From Chloroflexota bacterium (lineage in GTDB: Bacteria; Chloroflexota; Dormibacteria; Aeolococcales; Aeolococcaceae): DNA of 64,000 nt. The translations under genes and the position numbers were made by a program. The notes beneath the pieces were generated by a model. That model saw only the letters and a list, made by a program, of their open reading frames with translations, ran no database searches and was not told the origin of the DNA. Below are positions 16,761 through 26,542 of this stretch, piece after piece; position 1 is the stretch's first letter, and each line of letters opens with the position of its first letter. The DNA is taken from the NCBI GenBank assembly GCA_005880985.1, contig VBIQ01000024.1, positions 6,429 through 70,428 on the forward strand, written 5' to 3'.

Positions 16761-18521
16761 GTGCTCTGTCCACAGTGTCACATCCACACGGACCCGGACT
16801 TCCCCTACTGCCTGCGCTGCGGGCGTCAGCAGGGCAACGGTTCCCTGAGCGGCTGGGCCCCGCCCGAGTTGCACCCGGTGGAAGCACCCGCGGTCGCCTT
16901 CCCGCTGGTGAAGCGCTCGGTCTCGGTCGGACGCGATGACGCCAACGACATCGTCGTCGAGGACGGTCGGGCGTCACGTCAGCATGCCCGGGTGGTCCGC
17001 GACCAGCAGGGCTATCGCGTCGAGGATCTCGACTCCCTGAACGGCACCTGGGTGAACGACGAGGTGGTGCGCGACTCCGGCCGCCGCCTCAATGATGGAG
17101 ACCTCATCCGCCTCGGGGCAACGCAGCTGCGCTTCGAGCAGCCGCGCACCTCGACGGTGGGGGGTCGGACGGTCGTCGACCTGGCACGGACGACGATGGT
17201 GCAGACCAGCACCGGTGGCATCCGTGAAGGCGACTCGGATGCCGCCGCCGGACCGCCGCTCGACCGCAGGCCCCGGCGCCACTCCGGCTGGGAGCTGAAG
17301 CAGGTTGCATCGGCGCAGAGCGAGCCGCGCTACGTGCTCCGCAACGCGCGCACCGGCCAGTACCTCCAGCTCACCGATCGCGATGTCTTCCTCTGGAACC
17401 TGCTCGACGGGGAGCACACCATCCGCGACCTGCTGCTCGCCTACGCGCAGCAGTACGGGCAGCTGGCGCTCGCACGCATCCAGGGACTGATGTCGCAGCT
17501 CGACGGTGCCGGGCTGATCGCTGGATGGCGGACCGCTCCGCCCGCGCAGTCTCCGGTCAGCGGTCTCCGTCGCGCGGGTCGTGCCACGGTCAAGGCCCTG
17601 ACCCGGATGGAGCTGGCCGTCGGTGGCATCGACGGGTTCCTGGGCCGCTTGTACACGCGTGTCGGCTGGTGGTTCTTCAGCCGTGCCGGCCAGGTCGTCG
17701 TCTGGGGACTGGTCGTGGCCGGGATCGTGGCGTTCTCGGAGGTGCGCAAGAACCAGCGACCCTTCGAGATCGCCGGTGCGGGCATCTGGGGAGTCGTCGC
17801 CGCATTTGCCGGCTACGTTCTCGCACTCACCATCCACGAGCTCGCCCACGCGCTCGCGGTGAAGTCGTACGGTCGGAGGGTCCACCGGGGCGGCCTGATG
17901 GTGATGATGGCGATGCCCTACGCGTTCGTCGACACCAGCGACATGTGGTTCGAGTCACGACGCGCCCGGATCGCCGTCTCCGTGGCCGGCCCGGCGTCCA
18001 CCGCGATGCTCGGGGGGATCCTGTCGCTCGGTGCGGCCTTCCTGCCGGGAGCCATCGCACCCGGCATCTGCTTCCAGGTCGCCTTCGGCCTCTACATCAA
18101 CACCGTTTTCAACCTCAATCCGCTCATCCCGCTCGACGGGTACTACGTCCTCATCGACCTCCTCGATCGCCCCCGTCTCAAGGAGGAGGCGGGCGCCTAC
18201 TTCCGCAAGGGACTCTGGGCCGACCTCCGGCACGGACGTCTGCCCGGCGCCGGTCAGCTGGCCCTTGCCGTCTACGGGGGCATCTCCTTCATCTCCACCA
18301 TCGGGTTCCTGCTGCTCGGCGTCTATGTCTGGCGGACCAGGCTGAGCACCCCCATCCGTGACCACGTCCCCGCGCCCCTCGACCAGGTCATCGTCGTCCT
18401 CGGACTCATCCTGCTGTTCTTCCCCGTGTGGTATGGACCGCTGACCAAACTCTCGCGGGTGGTGCGCCGCCGGCTGGAGAAGCTGCAAACGCCGGTGCAA
18501 CCGCAGCAGGTGCCGGCATGA
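16761..18521 (+). CDS. zinc-ribbon / FHA-domain / M50 (site-2-protease-type) intramembrane metalloprotease fusion
   Basis: N-terminal CPQC...CLRC zinc ribbon. FHA domain (VSVGRDDANDIVVEDGRASRQHARVVRDQQGYRVEDLDSLNGTWVNDEVV...GDLIRLGATQLRF). A polytopic membrane region follows, with the HExxH motif (IHELAHALAV) and the M50 NxxPxxxLDG motif (NLNPLIPLDGYYVL). Confidence 0.8.
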   Translation: MLCPQCHIHTDPDFPYCLRCGRQQGNGSLSGWAPPELHPVEAPAVAFPLVKRSVSVGRDDANDIVVEDGRASRQHARVVRDQQGYRVEDLDSLNGTWVNDEVVRDSGRRLNDGDLIRLGATQLRFEQPRTSTVGGRTVVDLARTTMVQTSTGGIREGDSDAAAGPPLDRRPRRHSGWELKQVASAQSEPRYVLRNARTGQYLQLTDRDVFLWNLLDGEHTIRDLLLAYAQQYGQLALARIQGLMSQLDGAGLIAGWRTAPPAQSPVSGLRRAGRATVKALTRMELAVGGIDGFLGRLYTRVGWWFFSRAGQVVVWGLVVAGIVAFSEVRKNQRPFEIAGAGIWGVVAAFAGYVLALTIHELAHALAVKSYGRRVHRGGLMVMMAMPYAFVDTSDMWFESRRARIAVSVAGPASTAMLGGILSLGAAFLPGAIAPGICFQVAFGLYINTVFNLNPLIPLDGYYVLIDLLDRPRLKEEAGAYFRKGLWADLRHGRLPGAGQLALAVYGGISFISTIGFLLLGVYVWRTRLSTPIRDHVPAPLDQVIVVLGLILLFFPVWYGPLTKLSRVVRRRLEKLQTPVQPQQVPA

Positions 18522-20176
18522 CCGCGACAGCCGTCGGTCCCTTCACGGTCGTCGCCGAGCTCGGCGGGGGGCGCCTTGGTCCGCTCTTCCTCGGCCGCCA
18601 CAGCACGTCAGGTGAGGCAGTCTGTCTGCGTCAGCTGGACCCGGCCTTGCTCGCACATCCGGAAGCCCGCGAGGCGGTCGTCCGTGCGGTGCGTCGCATC
18701 GCGACCACCGAGGCTCCGGGCGTCATCCGAGTCATCGATCTGCTCGAGTCGGGCAACCAGTGGTACCTGGTCAGCGCCCACGTCCCGGGCCCGACGCTGC
18801 GAGACCTGCTCGATCGGTCCCAGGCGCCACGCCTGCACGGCTTCATCGGCGATCCCAGCGCCGCCGCGGTGGTCCTCGGCGACGTCGGCCGAGCCTGCCT
18901 TGCCCTCCACGGTGCCGGCGTGGCTCACGGATCCCTGGGGCCGGCCTCGATCCTCTGCTCCGTCGACGGGGTCGCCCGTCTCGCCGACCCTGCGCTGCTG
19001 GCGATCACCACCGGCACCGCGACCGGGCCAGCCGCGGATGCACGCAGCTGGGGCGACCTCGCTCTTGTCCTGCGGCGGGCCTGGGTTCCGGCCAGAGAGG
19101 GCAGCAACTTCGACCGCGCCGCAGACCGGGCCGAGGCGGGAGACCTCCGGGCCGCAGTCGACACGCTCGACGGTCGCGAGCAGGGGGCGCGAGCGCGACT
19201 CGCCGTGGCGGCATCCGCGTGGGAGGCGACACGCTCGGCCTCGCCGGCGCCGTCCGCCTCGGCGGCAGTTCCCCTGTCCGCGGCAACGTCCGGCTCGGAG
19301 CGACCGACACTGCTCGACATCCCCGGTGCGTCGAGCGCGGCCGACGGCGGTCGTGCAACCGTGATCGAGCCGCCGCCCGCACCGCGGCCGTCGGCAATCC
19401 CGCCACCGCAGCAGACGGTGATCGAACCGCCGGTTCCCGCGCTGCGCGCCTCCGCCAGCGAGACCGTCATCGATCGGCCGCCGCCGAGGGCGGACCCGGT
19501 TGCACCCGCGGCCGGTGCGACCGTCGTCGATCGGCCACCGCCGGTGCCGCCGACAGTGCCACCGCCGGCAGGGTCGCCGCATCGTCTCGGCGCGACCCGG
19601 GCGGCACCTGCCGTGGACCCGCCGCCCACCCGCGCTGCGGGCGGGGTCCGTCCCGGCTCGATGGGTGGCGATGGAAGCGGCACCGCATCCAGTTCCTTGC
19701 TGGTCAGCGACCTCGCCGGTGGCGGCGGACTCCAGCCGGCCTGGCCGGCACCCGCGCCGCGCAGGCGGGAGACGCGCTACCCGCTGCTCATCGGCGCCGC
19801 GGTCGCGGTCGCCGTCATCGTCATCGGTGGTGTCCTGCTGGGCGTCATCCTCCGCCACGGCCAATCGCTGCAGGCCACCGCCGCCCAGGTGCAGATCGCG
19901 ACGCCGCAGGTGGGCTGCAACAGCACCGTCGACGTGGTCGGAGTGATCGGCCTCAACGGCCAGGCGGGAACCGTGGACTACGAGTGGCAGCGCAACGACA
20001 GCACCTCCACCGGAGGCGTGCAGCATCAGACCGTCTCCAGCGGCCAGCAGCAACTGGTCGCGCACCTGTCGTGGTCGCTGTCCGGCCCTGGGACGTTCCA
20101 GGGTCTCGCCACGCTGATCGTCCGCAGTCCCAATGCCCTGGCGCCGGCGCAGGGCAGCTTCCGCTACGTGTGCTGA
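18518..20176 (+). CDS. membrane-anchored protein-kinase-like (probable pseudokinase) protein with TVIE/DPPP repeats and extracytoplasmic C-terminal domain
   Basis: ATG at 18518 overlaps the M50 gene stop (ATGA). The N-terminus has a kinase N-lobe-like fold (FTVVAELGGGRLGPLFLGRH...AVCLRQL...VIRVIDLLESGNQWYLVSAHVPGPTLRDLL). The HRD-region lacks catalytic Asp (GVAHGSLGPASIL) and there is no DFG. The repeats are 4x (T/Q)TV(I/V)(E/D)xPPP. A TM helix LLIGAAVAVAVIVIGGVLLGVIL is followed by a ~130-aa C-terminal domain. Confidence 0.6.
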   Translation: MTATAVGPFTVVAELGGGRLGPLFLGRHSTSGEAVCLRQLDPALLAHPEAREAVVRAVRRIATTEAPGVIRVIDLLESGNQWYLVSAHVPGPTLRDLLDRSQAPRLHGFIGDPSAAAVVLGDVGRACLALHGAGVAHGSLGPASILCSVDGVARLADPALLAITTGTATGPAADARSWGDLALVLRRAWVPAREGSNFDRAADRAEAGDLRAAVDTLDGREQGARARLAVAASAWEATRSASPAPSASAAVPLSAATSGSERPTLLDIPGASSAADGGRATVIEPPPAPRPSAIPPPQQTVIEPPVPALRASASETVIDRPPPRADPVAPAAGATVVDRPPPVPPTVPPPAGSPHRLGATRAAPAVDPPPTRAAGGVRPGSMGGDGSGTASSSLLVSDLAGGGGLQPAWPAPAPRRRETRYPLLIGAAVAVAVIVIGGVLLGVILRHGQSLQATAAQVQIATPQVGCNSTVDVVGVIGLNGQAGTVDYEWQRNDSTSTGGVQHQTVSSGQQQLVAHLSWSLSGPGTFQGLATLIVRSPNALAPAQGSFRYVC

Positions 20177-20189
20177 CGGAGTCGCATCG

Positions 20190-21164
20190 ATGTCGGAGCG
20201 AGTGCTGCGGGTGGTGGTCGAGCGGATGGCCGCCGACCGCGAGTTCTCCGCCCTGGTCAAGCAGGATCCCGAGAACGCGCTCGGCGACTACGACCTCACC
20301 GACGACGAGCGCGGCACCGTCCTCGGCCTCGGCGCCGACGCGACCGGCCGGGCGCATCGACTGGCGCCGCGGCTGACCAAATCATCGCTGGTCTTCGGCC
20401 ACCTCGGGAGAGGCGTCGACCATCTCGGGGCGGCGCACTCGACGGGAGGTCATGAGGCCCCTCTCGATGTGGGGACCCCGGTGCATGGCGCCGTGGATGT
20501 CGGGCTGACGCCGGCATCGGATGCCGACCAGGTCGGGACCTCGTTCACGCCGCACGGGTCGGGAGTCGACATCTTCGAGGGCGTCCCCGCCGGCTGGTCG
20601 CTCCCCGAGCCCGGCGCTCACGGGGATGCCGGGGTCGCCGGCCTCGGGGGCTCGCCGTGGGAGGCCAGCGCCGGAGTCGACACGGCGTCGATGCCTGCCG
20701 ATGCGGCGTCGCATAACCTTGCGTGGGACGCCATGCCGGCGCATGCAGTGGGCACCGGTGTCGCCACCGACCCCGGTGCGCTGAGCATCGGAGCTCACGG
20801 CGACGCGAGCGGTGGTTGGTCGCCGCCGGGTGGTGGAGGAGACGCGGCGGTCTGGCAGCTCCCCCAGCATGGCGATGGCACCGAGGCCGGGCTCGGCGGC
20901 GGTGGTGTTGCAGGGACCGGAGCGGTCGTGCTCGGTGGCCCCGGCGCCGACGTCGAGCGGATCCCCGGTCTCGGCGAGCTCTTCGCGTCCGGGACTGCTG
21001 TCGGCGAGCTCGCCGGTGGCGTGCCCGTCGATGTTCTCGACACATTCGGGAGCCTCGGCCACAGCGTCGTCGCCAGCATGACCACCGCGATCACCACCTC
21101 GGTCGGCGATGCGTTCTCGGTGGGTGCGGCGCCCATCCGGTACATCGAAGACATCAACTGGTAG
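20190..21164 (+). CDS. Gly/Ala/Asp-rich protein with N-terminal Nif11/NHLP-type leader-like domain (paralog 2 of 6, shortest, 324 aa)
   Basis: The N-terminus is MSERVLRVVVERMAADREFSALVKQDPENALGDYDLTDDERGTVLGL...RLTKSSLVFGHLG. ATG at 20190 (Met20 of track ORF 20133..21164). Confidence 0.7.
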   Translation: MSERVLRVVVERMAADREFSALVKQDPENALGDYDLTDDERGTVLGLGADATGRAHRLAPRLTKSSLVFGHLGRGVDHLGAAHSTGGHEAPLDVGTPVHGAVDVGLTPASDADQVGTSFTPHGSGVDIFEGVPAGWSLPEPGAHGDAGVAGLGGSPWEASAGVDTASMPADAASHNLAWDAMPAHAVGTGVATDPGALSIGAHGDASGGWSPPGGGGDAAVWQLPQHGDGTEAGLGGGGVAGTGAVVLGGPGADVERIPGLGELFASGTAVGELAGGVPVDVLDTFGSLGHSVVASMTTAITTSVGDAFSVGAAPIRYIEDINW

Positions 21165-21185
21165 GCGGCTGCAGGGGGAACCGCG

Positions 21186-24100
21186 ATGTCGAGAGACGCA
21201 CTGACCGAGGCGATCGCCAGGATGGCGACCGACGCAGACTTCGCGGAGCGCGTCCGCCATGATCCCGACGTCGCACTCTCCGACTACCCGCTGACCGCGG
21301 AGGAGCGCCGGAGCCTGGCGTCGATGAGCGCCGATGACGCCGGCGGCTCGTCGCCGCTGGGGCAGCGGTTGTCCAAGTCCAGCCTGTTCTTCGGCGCTGC
21401 CGCCGGTGGCGGCGGCGGAGCTGCTGCGCCGGCCGTCGACGATACGGGCTCGGGACGTCCCGACGCGGGCCACGGTGTGGTGCTCGCAGACACCTCGGGA
21501 TCTCCGGGGGGCACCGATGGTCACGGTCATGGTGACGGCGCAGTCGGCGACGGGTCTCACCCTACCGGGGCGCCGATGGATGCCGCCGGACATGCCACCT
21601 CGGTGACGATGGACCTGTACGGCCACCGGCCCCCCGAGGAGATCCCGCCACCGGCCGGCCCCACCGGTCATTCGGTCGCGGCCACCTACGACGCCGACCG
21701 GCACGTCTGGGTCGATGCCGCCACCGGCTCCACCTACGACCCGACCCGCGGCCTTTGGTGGGATCCCAACCGCAGTGTCCACTACGATCCGTGGCACGGG
21801 CTGATCACCGACACTCCGGTTGATTTCGACAAGTTCGTCCACTACGTTCCTGTGCCGCCGGATAGCGGGCCGCTCGGCTCCTCCGTCCACGCCGTCTGGA
21901 GTCCGCACGACGGCGTGTGGATCGACCCATTCACCAACGCCCAGTGGGATGCGGGCCACGGGACCTGGCATGCGCCCTACTCGTCCGACCCCTACCCGTC
22001 GGGGGGCGGAGGCACGCCCGATCCCAAGCCGGCGGCGCAAGATGCCGACGGCACGGTGCACCGCCCTGCGTGGGATCCGGTGCACGGGAGGTGGATCGAC
22101 TACGACCGCGGGACCACGTACAACCCGCAGACCGGCAGCTGGGACCAGGCATTCGAGCGGCCGCCGCTGGGTCCCGACGGGAAGGATGTATCGCCCACAT
22201 GGGCCAACGGTCACTGGACCGACCCGTCGACCGGTGCGCAATACGACTCCCGCTGGCACATCTGGACCAACCTTCCCGGCGGCCACACGTACGATCCGTG
22301 GACCGGCGACCGCGACGTCAGCTCGACGAGCGCTTCCTACTACAACAAGGACGTCCCGGCCACCGACCCCTTCGGGCGTCCGTTCCATCCGGTCTACGAC
22401 CAGGCGACCGGCGACTGGACGGATCCGGTCACCGGCGCCCATTACTCACCGAGCCACCAGTGGGTCTCACCCCTCGACTACCACCGCTTCACGCCCGGTG
22501 AGACGCCGCCCGGCGATCCGCCCGTCGATCCGCAGGGGAGGCACCCGGTGTGGGAGCCGGGGCGAGGTGGTTGGGTTCTGCCGCAGAGCGGTCAGACCTG
22601 GGACCCGGACACCGGGTCGTGGAGCGTGCCGACTCTCGACGCGCCGCCCGCCGGGCCCCACGGCGAGTCCATCGATGCGAGGTGGGACCAGGCGCGAGGC
22701 GTGTTCGTCGACCCGTCGAGCGGTGCGACCTACGATCCGAAGACCGGCGTCTGGGCCGATCCCGGCGGTCAGCGCTGGTACGACCCGTGGAGCGGTAAGA
22801 GCGCCGACCACGCCATCAACGCGGATCCGGCCGACGTGCAGGCGCGGATGCAGGCACCGAATGCCGGTCCTTTCGGCGGTTCGGTCTACCCCAACTGGGA
22901 CCCGGCGACGCACCAGTGGATCGATCCGACGACCGGTGCGCACTGGAACGGTTCCGACTGGGTTGTGCCCGGCAGCGGTCACGTGTACTCCTCCGACGAC
23001 GCGCAGCCGACGAGCGACCCGCCGACGCCGCGCTCGGTCTGGGATCCGTCGACCCAGTCGTGGGTCGAGCCGGTGAGCCAGGTGCCGCCGCCCGATGGTC
23101 CGGCGGGCCCACAGCCCGTGGTCGATGATCCCCACCCGACTGTCACGCTTGGTCCGACCGATACGTACCATTACATCGGCGACGACGGACAGATCCACGT
23201 GCACATCGGAGTCGATGTCAACGATCCGTCGACGTGGCCGCATGGGTGGTGGCCCCCGGGCGTGGATGTCGGCGACTCCTCGACGTGGCCGCAGGGCTGG
23301 GCGCCGCCCGACTCAGCGCAGTCGAGCCTCGATCCCAATGGAATCGAAGGCAGGACTGGCGCGTGGCTCGATGCTCAGGGCAACCTCCACACCTTCGCCG
23401 ACAACCTCGACCCCACCAATCCACACACGTGGCCGTGGGTGCACGCGGACGATCCGACAACATGGCCGCGCGGTTGGATGCCGGAGCAGCCGACCGGCCC
23501 GCACGACCAGACCGTGCCGGACATCCCGACTGATGTTGTCGTGCCGACGTTCGGCGACCCGATGCCAGGTCCGTTCGGCGACTCCATCACACCGATGTGG
23601 GATGACGCGACAGGTCAGTGGGTGGATCCCTACACCGGTGCGCACTTCGATGGCAGCAACTGGACGACGCCGAGCGGCTACGTGCTCACACCCGCGGATG
23701 CGCCGCCGACGCTCAAGCCGTTCACCGGCGACGCGGTGTGGGACCCCCAGCAGCAGGCCTGGGTCGATCCCCGGACCGGGGATCCCCTGCCGCCCGCTCC
23801 AGAGGATGCCGTGATACTGGGCATGGATCAGCCGAGCGGTCTCACGGTCACGCCGCCGTCGGGCCAGGACTGGACCAGCCTGCTTCCGGCACCCGACACG
23901 GCGCCCGGCGGCGATGGCGGAACGTGGCAGAGCCTCCTTGGTCCGGATGGATCGTCGACAGAGACGCCGCCGGTGGACCAGACGCCGCTGGACCAGACGC
24001 CGCTGGATCAGACGCCGCTGGTGGACCAGCCGCAATCCGACCAGCCGCCGCTGGACCAGACGCAATCCGACCAGCCGCCGGTGGACCAGACGCAATCCGA

Positions 24101-24254
24101 CCAGCCGCCGCTGGACCAGACGCAATCCGACCAGCCGCCGCTGGACCAGACGCCGCCGGTGGACCAGACGCAATCCGACCAGCCGCCGGCCGATCAGCAG
24201 ACCACAGACGAGTCACCGTCCGACCAGCAACCGGTCACGCAGTCGGCGAGCTGA
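21186..24254 (+). CDS. giant acidic repeat protein with N-terminal Nif11/NHLP-type leader-like domain (paralog 3 of 6); multiple W-x-DP-x-TG-x-x-YD aromatic repeats; C-terminal PLDQT(Q)SDQP decapeptide repeats
   Basis: The N-terminus is MSRDALTEAIARMATDADFAERVRHDPDVALSDYPLTAEERRSLASM...GQRLSKSSLFFGAAAGGGGG, with RBS GGGGGAA upstream. 1022 aa, no signal peptide. Confidence 0.8.
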   Translation: MSRDALTEAIARMATDADFAERVRHDPDVALSDYPLTAEERRSLASMSADDAGGSSPLGQRLSKSSLFFGAAAGGGGGAAAPAVDDTGSGRPDAGHGVVLADTSGSPGGTDGHGHGDGAVGDGSHPTGAPMDAAGHATSVTMDLYGHRPPEEIPPPAGPTGHSVAATYDADRHVWVDAATGSTYDPTRGLWWDPNRSVHYDPWHGLITDTPVDFDKFVHYVPVPPDSGPLGSSVHAVWSPHDGVWIDPFTNAQWDAGHGTWHAPYSSDPYPSGGGGTPDPKPAAQDADGTVHRPAWDPVHGRWIDYDRGTTYNPQTGSWDQAFERPPLGPDGKDVSPTWANGHWTDPSTGAQYDSRWHIWTNLPGGHTYDPWTGDRDVSSTSASYYNKDVPATDPFGRPFHPVYDQATGDWTDPVTGAHYSPSHQWVSPLDYHRFTPGETPPGDPPVDPQGRHPVWEPGRGGWVLPQSGQTWDPDTGSWSVPTLDAPPAGPHGESIDARWDQARGVFVDPSSGATYDPKTGVWADPGGQRWYDPWSGKSADHAINADPADVQARMQAPNAGPFGGSVYPNWDPATHQWIDPTTGAHWNGSDWVVPGSGHVYSSDDAQPTSDPPTPRSVWDPSTQSWVEPVSQVPPPDGPAGPQPVVDDPHPTVTLGPTDTYHYIGDDGQIHVHIGVDVNDPSTWPHGWWPPGVDVGDSSTWPQGWAPPDSAQSSLDPNGIEGRTGAWLDAQGNLHTFADNLDPTNPHTWPWVHADDPTTWPRGWMPEQPTGPHDQTVPDIPTDVVVPTFGDPMPGPFGDSITPMWDDATGQWVDPYTGAHFDGSNWTTPSGYVLTPADAPPTLKPFTGDAVWDPQQQAWVDPRTGDPLPPAPEDAVILGMDQPSGLTVTPPSGQDWTSLLPAPDTAPGGDGGTWQSLLGPDGSSTETPPVDQTPLDQTPLDQTPLVDQPQSDQPPLDQTQSDQPPVDQTQSDQPPLDQTQSDQPPLDQTPPVDQTQSDQPPADQQTTDESPSDQQPVTQSAS
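23965..24200 (+). repeat. tandem 30-bp coding repeats (PLDQTQSDQP and variants), about 7 copies
   Basis: Direct reading: TPLDQTPLDQTPLVDQPQSDQPPLDQTQSDQPPVDQTQSDQPPLDQTQSDQPPLDQTPPVDQTQSDQPP. Confidence 0.75.
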
Positions 24255-24291
24255 TGGATGGGCACACCGTGTCGGTAGAAGAGGGGGTCTC

Positions 24292-26520
24292 ATGTCGAAT
24301 CGAGGCTTGACTGATGCCCTCGCCCGGATGGCCTCAGACGACGCCTTCGTGCAGGCGGTGCGAACAAACGCAGAGGAGGCCCTGGCCGGGTACGAGCTCA
24401 CCGACGATGAGCGGCGCTCTCTCGCCGCGGTGAGGACGGAGGCGGCGGGTCGCGGGCCGTCGTCGTTGGGCCAGCGCCTGTCGAAGTCCGGCCTGTTCGG
24501 GATGAGCGGTGGCGGGGGAGGGACTGAGGCACTGCCCGCGCCGCCCGATTCCCTCGAGGCGGATGGCCAACTGGGCGGCGACCTCGCCCCGCCGCCAGAC
24601 ATCGCGGTCGATCAGATGCCAGACCAATCCGACGGTCCGTGGCAGAGCCTGCTTGCCGCCGGCACGGAGATGGACACCACCGTGGTCCAGCCCGTGGACG
24701 GAGGCGATCAGGGGATGGTCAACGTCTCATCGCCCGATGCGACGGCGACCGACCAGTCGATGGACGCGACCTCGACCGACACCACCGACAGGACGGCGAC
24801 TGATCAGCAGCTGTCGGGCGCTGCGCCTGACGGCCAGCCGACTGATCAGTCGCCCACCGACCAATCGCCCGTCCAGGCGGGATCGGATCCGGGGCAGGCA
24901 GCCGGGGCGCAGCCCACGACCGACGCAGCAGGTGCACCCGATGGTGCCCCGAACGCGCCGTCATACGGACCTGACGGCACGTGGATCCACGCCGAGTACG
25001 ACCCCCAGTCGGGTGAGTGGGTCGACCCGGTCACGGGCGCGCACTACAACGCAGCGACGCAGACCTGGTATGAGCAGGCGACTGGCCAGGCGTACCAACC
25101 GCCCGACACCGACCCTCCCACCTACGGTCCCGACGGTCGCTTCGCACACCCCCGGTATGACTTCGGACAGCACCAGTGGATCGATCAGGACACAGGGGCG
25201 CGTTACGACACCGCGAGTCAGCAGTGGCTCGACCCCACGACAGGGACGCCGCTGCAGGGACCGACAGGTGACCCACCAATGGGCGGACCGGACGGTCATC
25301 CGGTGCATCCGACGTACGACTTCGGCGCCAAGGCCTGGACCGATCCCGCCACCGGCGCGCTCTGGGACCCTGACAAGCAGGCGTGGGTCGACCCGTTCAG
25401 TGGCAACGCGTACCCGCCGGACTACAGCGGTCCCGCCTACGAACGGCCGACGAGCGATCCGTTCGGTACCGAGTATGCGGGCCTGCCGAACAATGTGACC
25501 TACGACCCCGCTCGCAACGCGTGGGTCGACCCGATGACCGGCGCGCTCTACGACCCCAACAACAACCAGTGGTACAGCCCGTGGGACCGGCATCCCTTCG
25601 AGCCGAGCGACCCGATGCCCTCGACCATGCCACCGGGTTTCGATCCCTTCGGTCAGCCCGTGCACGCCGTGTGGGACCCATCCGGCGACACTTGGGTCGA
25701 TCCCACAACGGGCGCGCGTTTCGACCAATCGACCGGGACGTGGTCGGACCCGCTGACCCAGCACGTGTACACCGGCGCTGAGCATCGCCCGCCGGCTCCG
25801 GTTGTGCTCCAGCCGCCAGACGAGTTGCGTCACGAATACGGCTCCCACGCCATCACCTTCGGTGGACCGCCCACGGCTGGTCCGCTGGGCGACGGCATTC
25901 CCGCGGCATGGGATCCCGTTCTCGGCCAGTACTACGACCCGACGACCGGCCTCCACTCCGTCAACGGAACCTGGTACTCGCCGGCCAGCGATCAACCGTC
26001 GGAAGCGACCTTCAGGCCGGGGATTTCACCGCCACCGGCCGAGCAACCCACCGACACCCCCAGCGGTTCACACGCGGTGTACGACCCGTACTCGCAGCAG
26101 TGGCGCGACCCGGTGACCAAAGCGTGGTACAGCGCGAAGGGAGACTTCTGGTTCGACCCGGCGCCCGGGCAGGTGCACGATGCGGGTGACTTCCGACCCA
26201 GCGCCCCGCCGCCGGACACCGGTCCGACGGGAGATCCGGTGAAGCCCACCTGGGACTTCCGCCACAACGAGTATGTCGATCCAGCCTCGGGCCGCGTCTA
26301 CTCGGCTGAGCGCGGCTTCTGGTATCGGGCGCTGCCCGCCTCCGACTCGCCGAACTGGGAGCACCCGGGCTCGCCGCCTCCGGCCAGCGGGCCGACGGGG
26401 AAAGCAACCGATCCCGTCTGGGATCGGGAGAACGCCGAGTGGCTCGATCAGTCGACTGGCGCCAGGTACGACCCTCTGCTGGGGACCTGGTCGCAGGGCG
26501 CAGGGGCTGGCGCCCCATGA
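24292..26520 (+). CDS. giant acidic repeat protein with N-terminal Nif11/NHLP-type leader-like domain (paralog 4 of 6); W-x-DP-x-TG-x-x-YD aromatic repeats
   Basis: ATG at 24292 is preceded by GAAGAGGGGGTCTC. The N-terminus is MSNRGLTDALARMASDDAFVQAVRTNAEEALAGYELTDDERRSLAAV...GQRLSKSGLFGMSGGGGG. The upstream part of track ORF 23914..26520 overlaps the paralog 3 3' end and is rejected. Confidence 0.8.
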   Translation: MSNRGLTDALARMASDDAFVQAVRTNAEEALAGYELTDDERRSLAAVRTEAAGRGPSSLGQRLSKSGLFGMSGGGGGTEALPAPPDSLEADGQLGGDLAPPPDIAVDQMPDQSDGPWQSLLAAGTEMDTTVVQPVDGGDQGMVNVSSPDATATDQSMDATSTDTTDRTATDQQLSGAAPDGQPTDQSPTDQSPVQAGSDPGQAAGAQPTTDAAGAPDGAPNAPSYGPDGTWIHAEYDPQSGEWVDPVTGAHYNAATQTWYEQATGQAYQPPDTDPPTYGPDGRFAHPRYDFGQHQWIDQDTGARYDTASQQWLDPTTGTPLQGPTGDPPMGGPDGHPVHPTYDFGAKAWTDPATGALWDPDKQAWVDPFSGNAYPPDYSGPAYERPTSDPFGTEYAGLPNNVTYDPARNAWVDPMTGALYDPNNNQWYSPWDRHPFEPSDPMPSTMPPGFDPFGQPVHAVWDPSGDTWVDPTTGARFDQSTGTWSDPLTQHVYTGAEHRPPAPVVLQPPDELRHEYGSHAITFGGPPTAGPLGDGIPAAWDPVLGQYYDPTTGLHSVNGTWYSPASDQPSEATFRPGISPPPAEQPTDTPSGSHAVYDPYSQQWRDPVTKAWYSAKGDFWFDPAPGQVHDAGDFRPSAPPPDTGPTGDPVKPTWDFRHNEYVDPASGRVYSAERGFWYRALPASDSPNWEHPGSPPPASGPTGKATDPVWDRENAEWLDQSTGARYDPLLGTWSQGAGAGAP

Positions 26521-26542
26521 GGTCGGTACAAGAGAGGACGTC

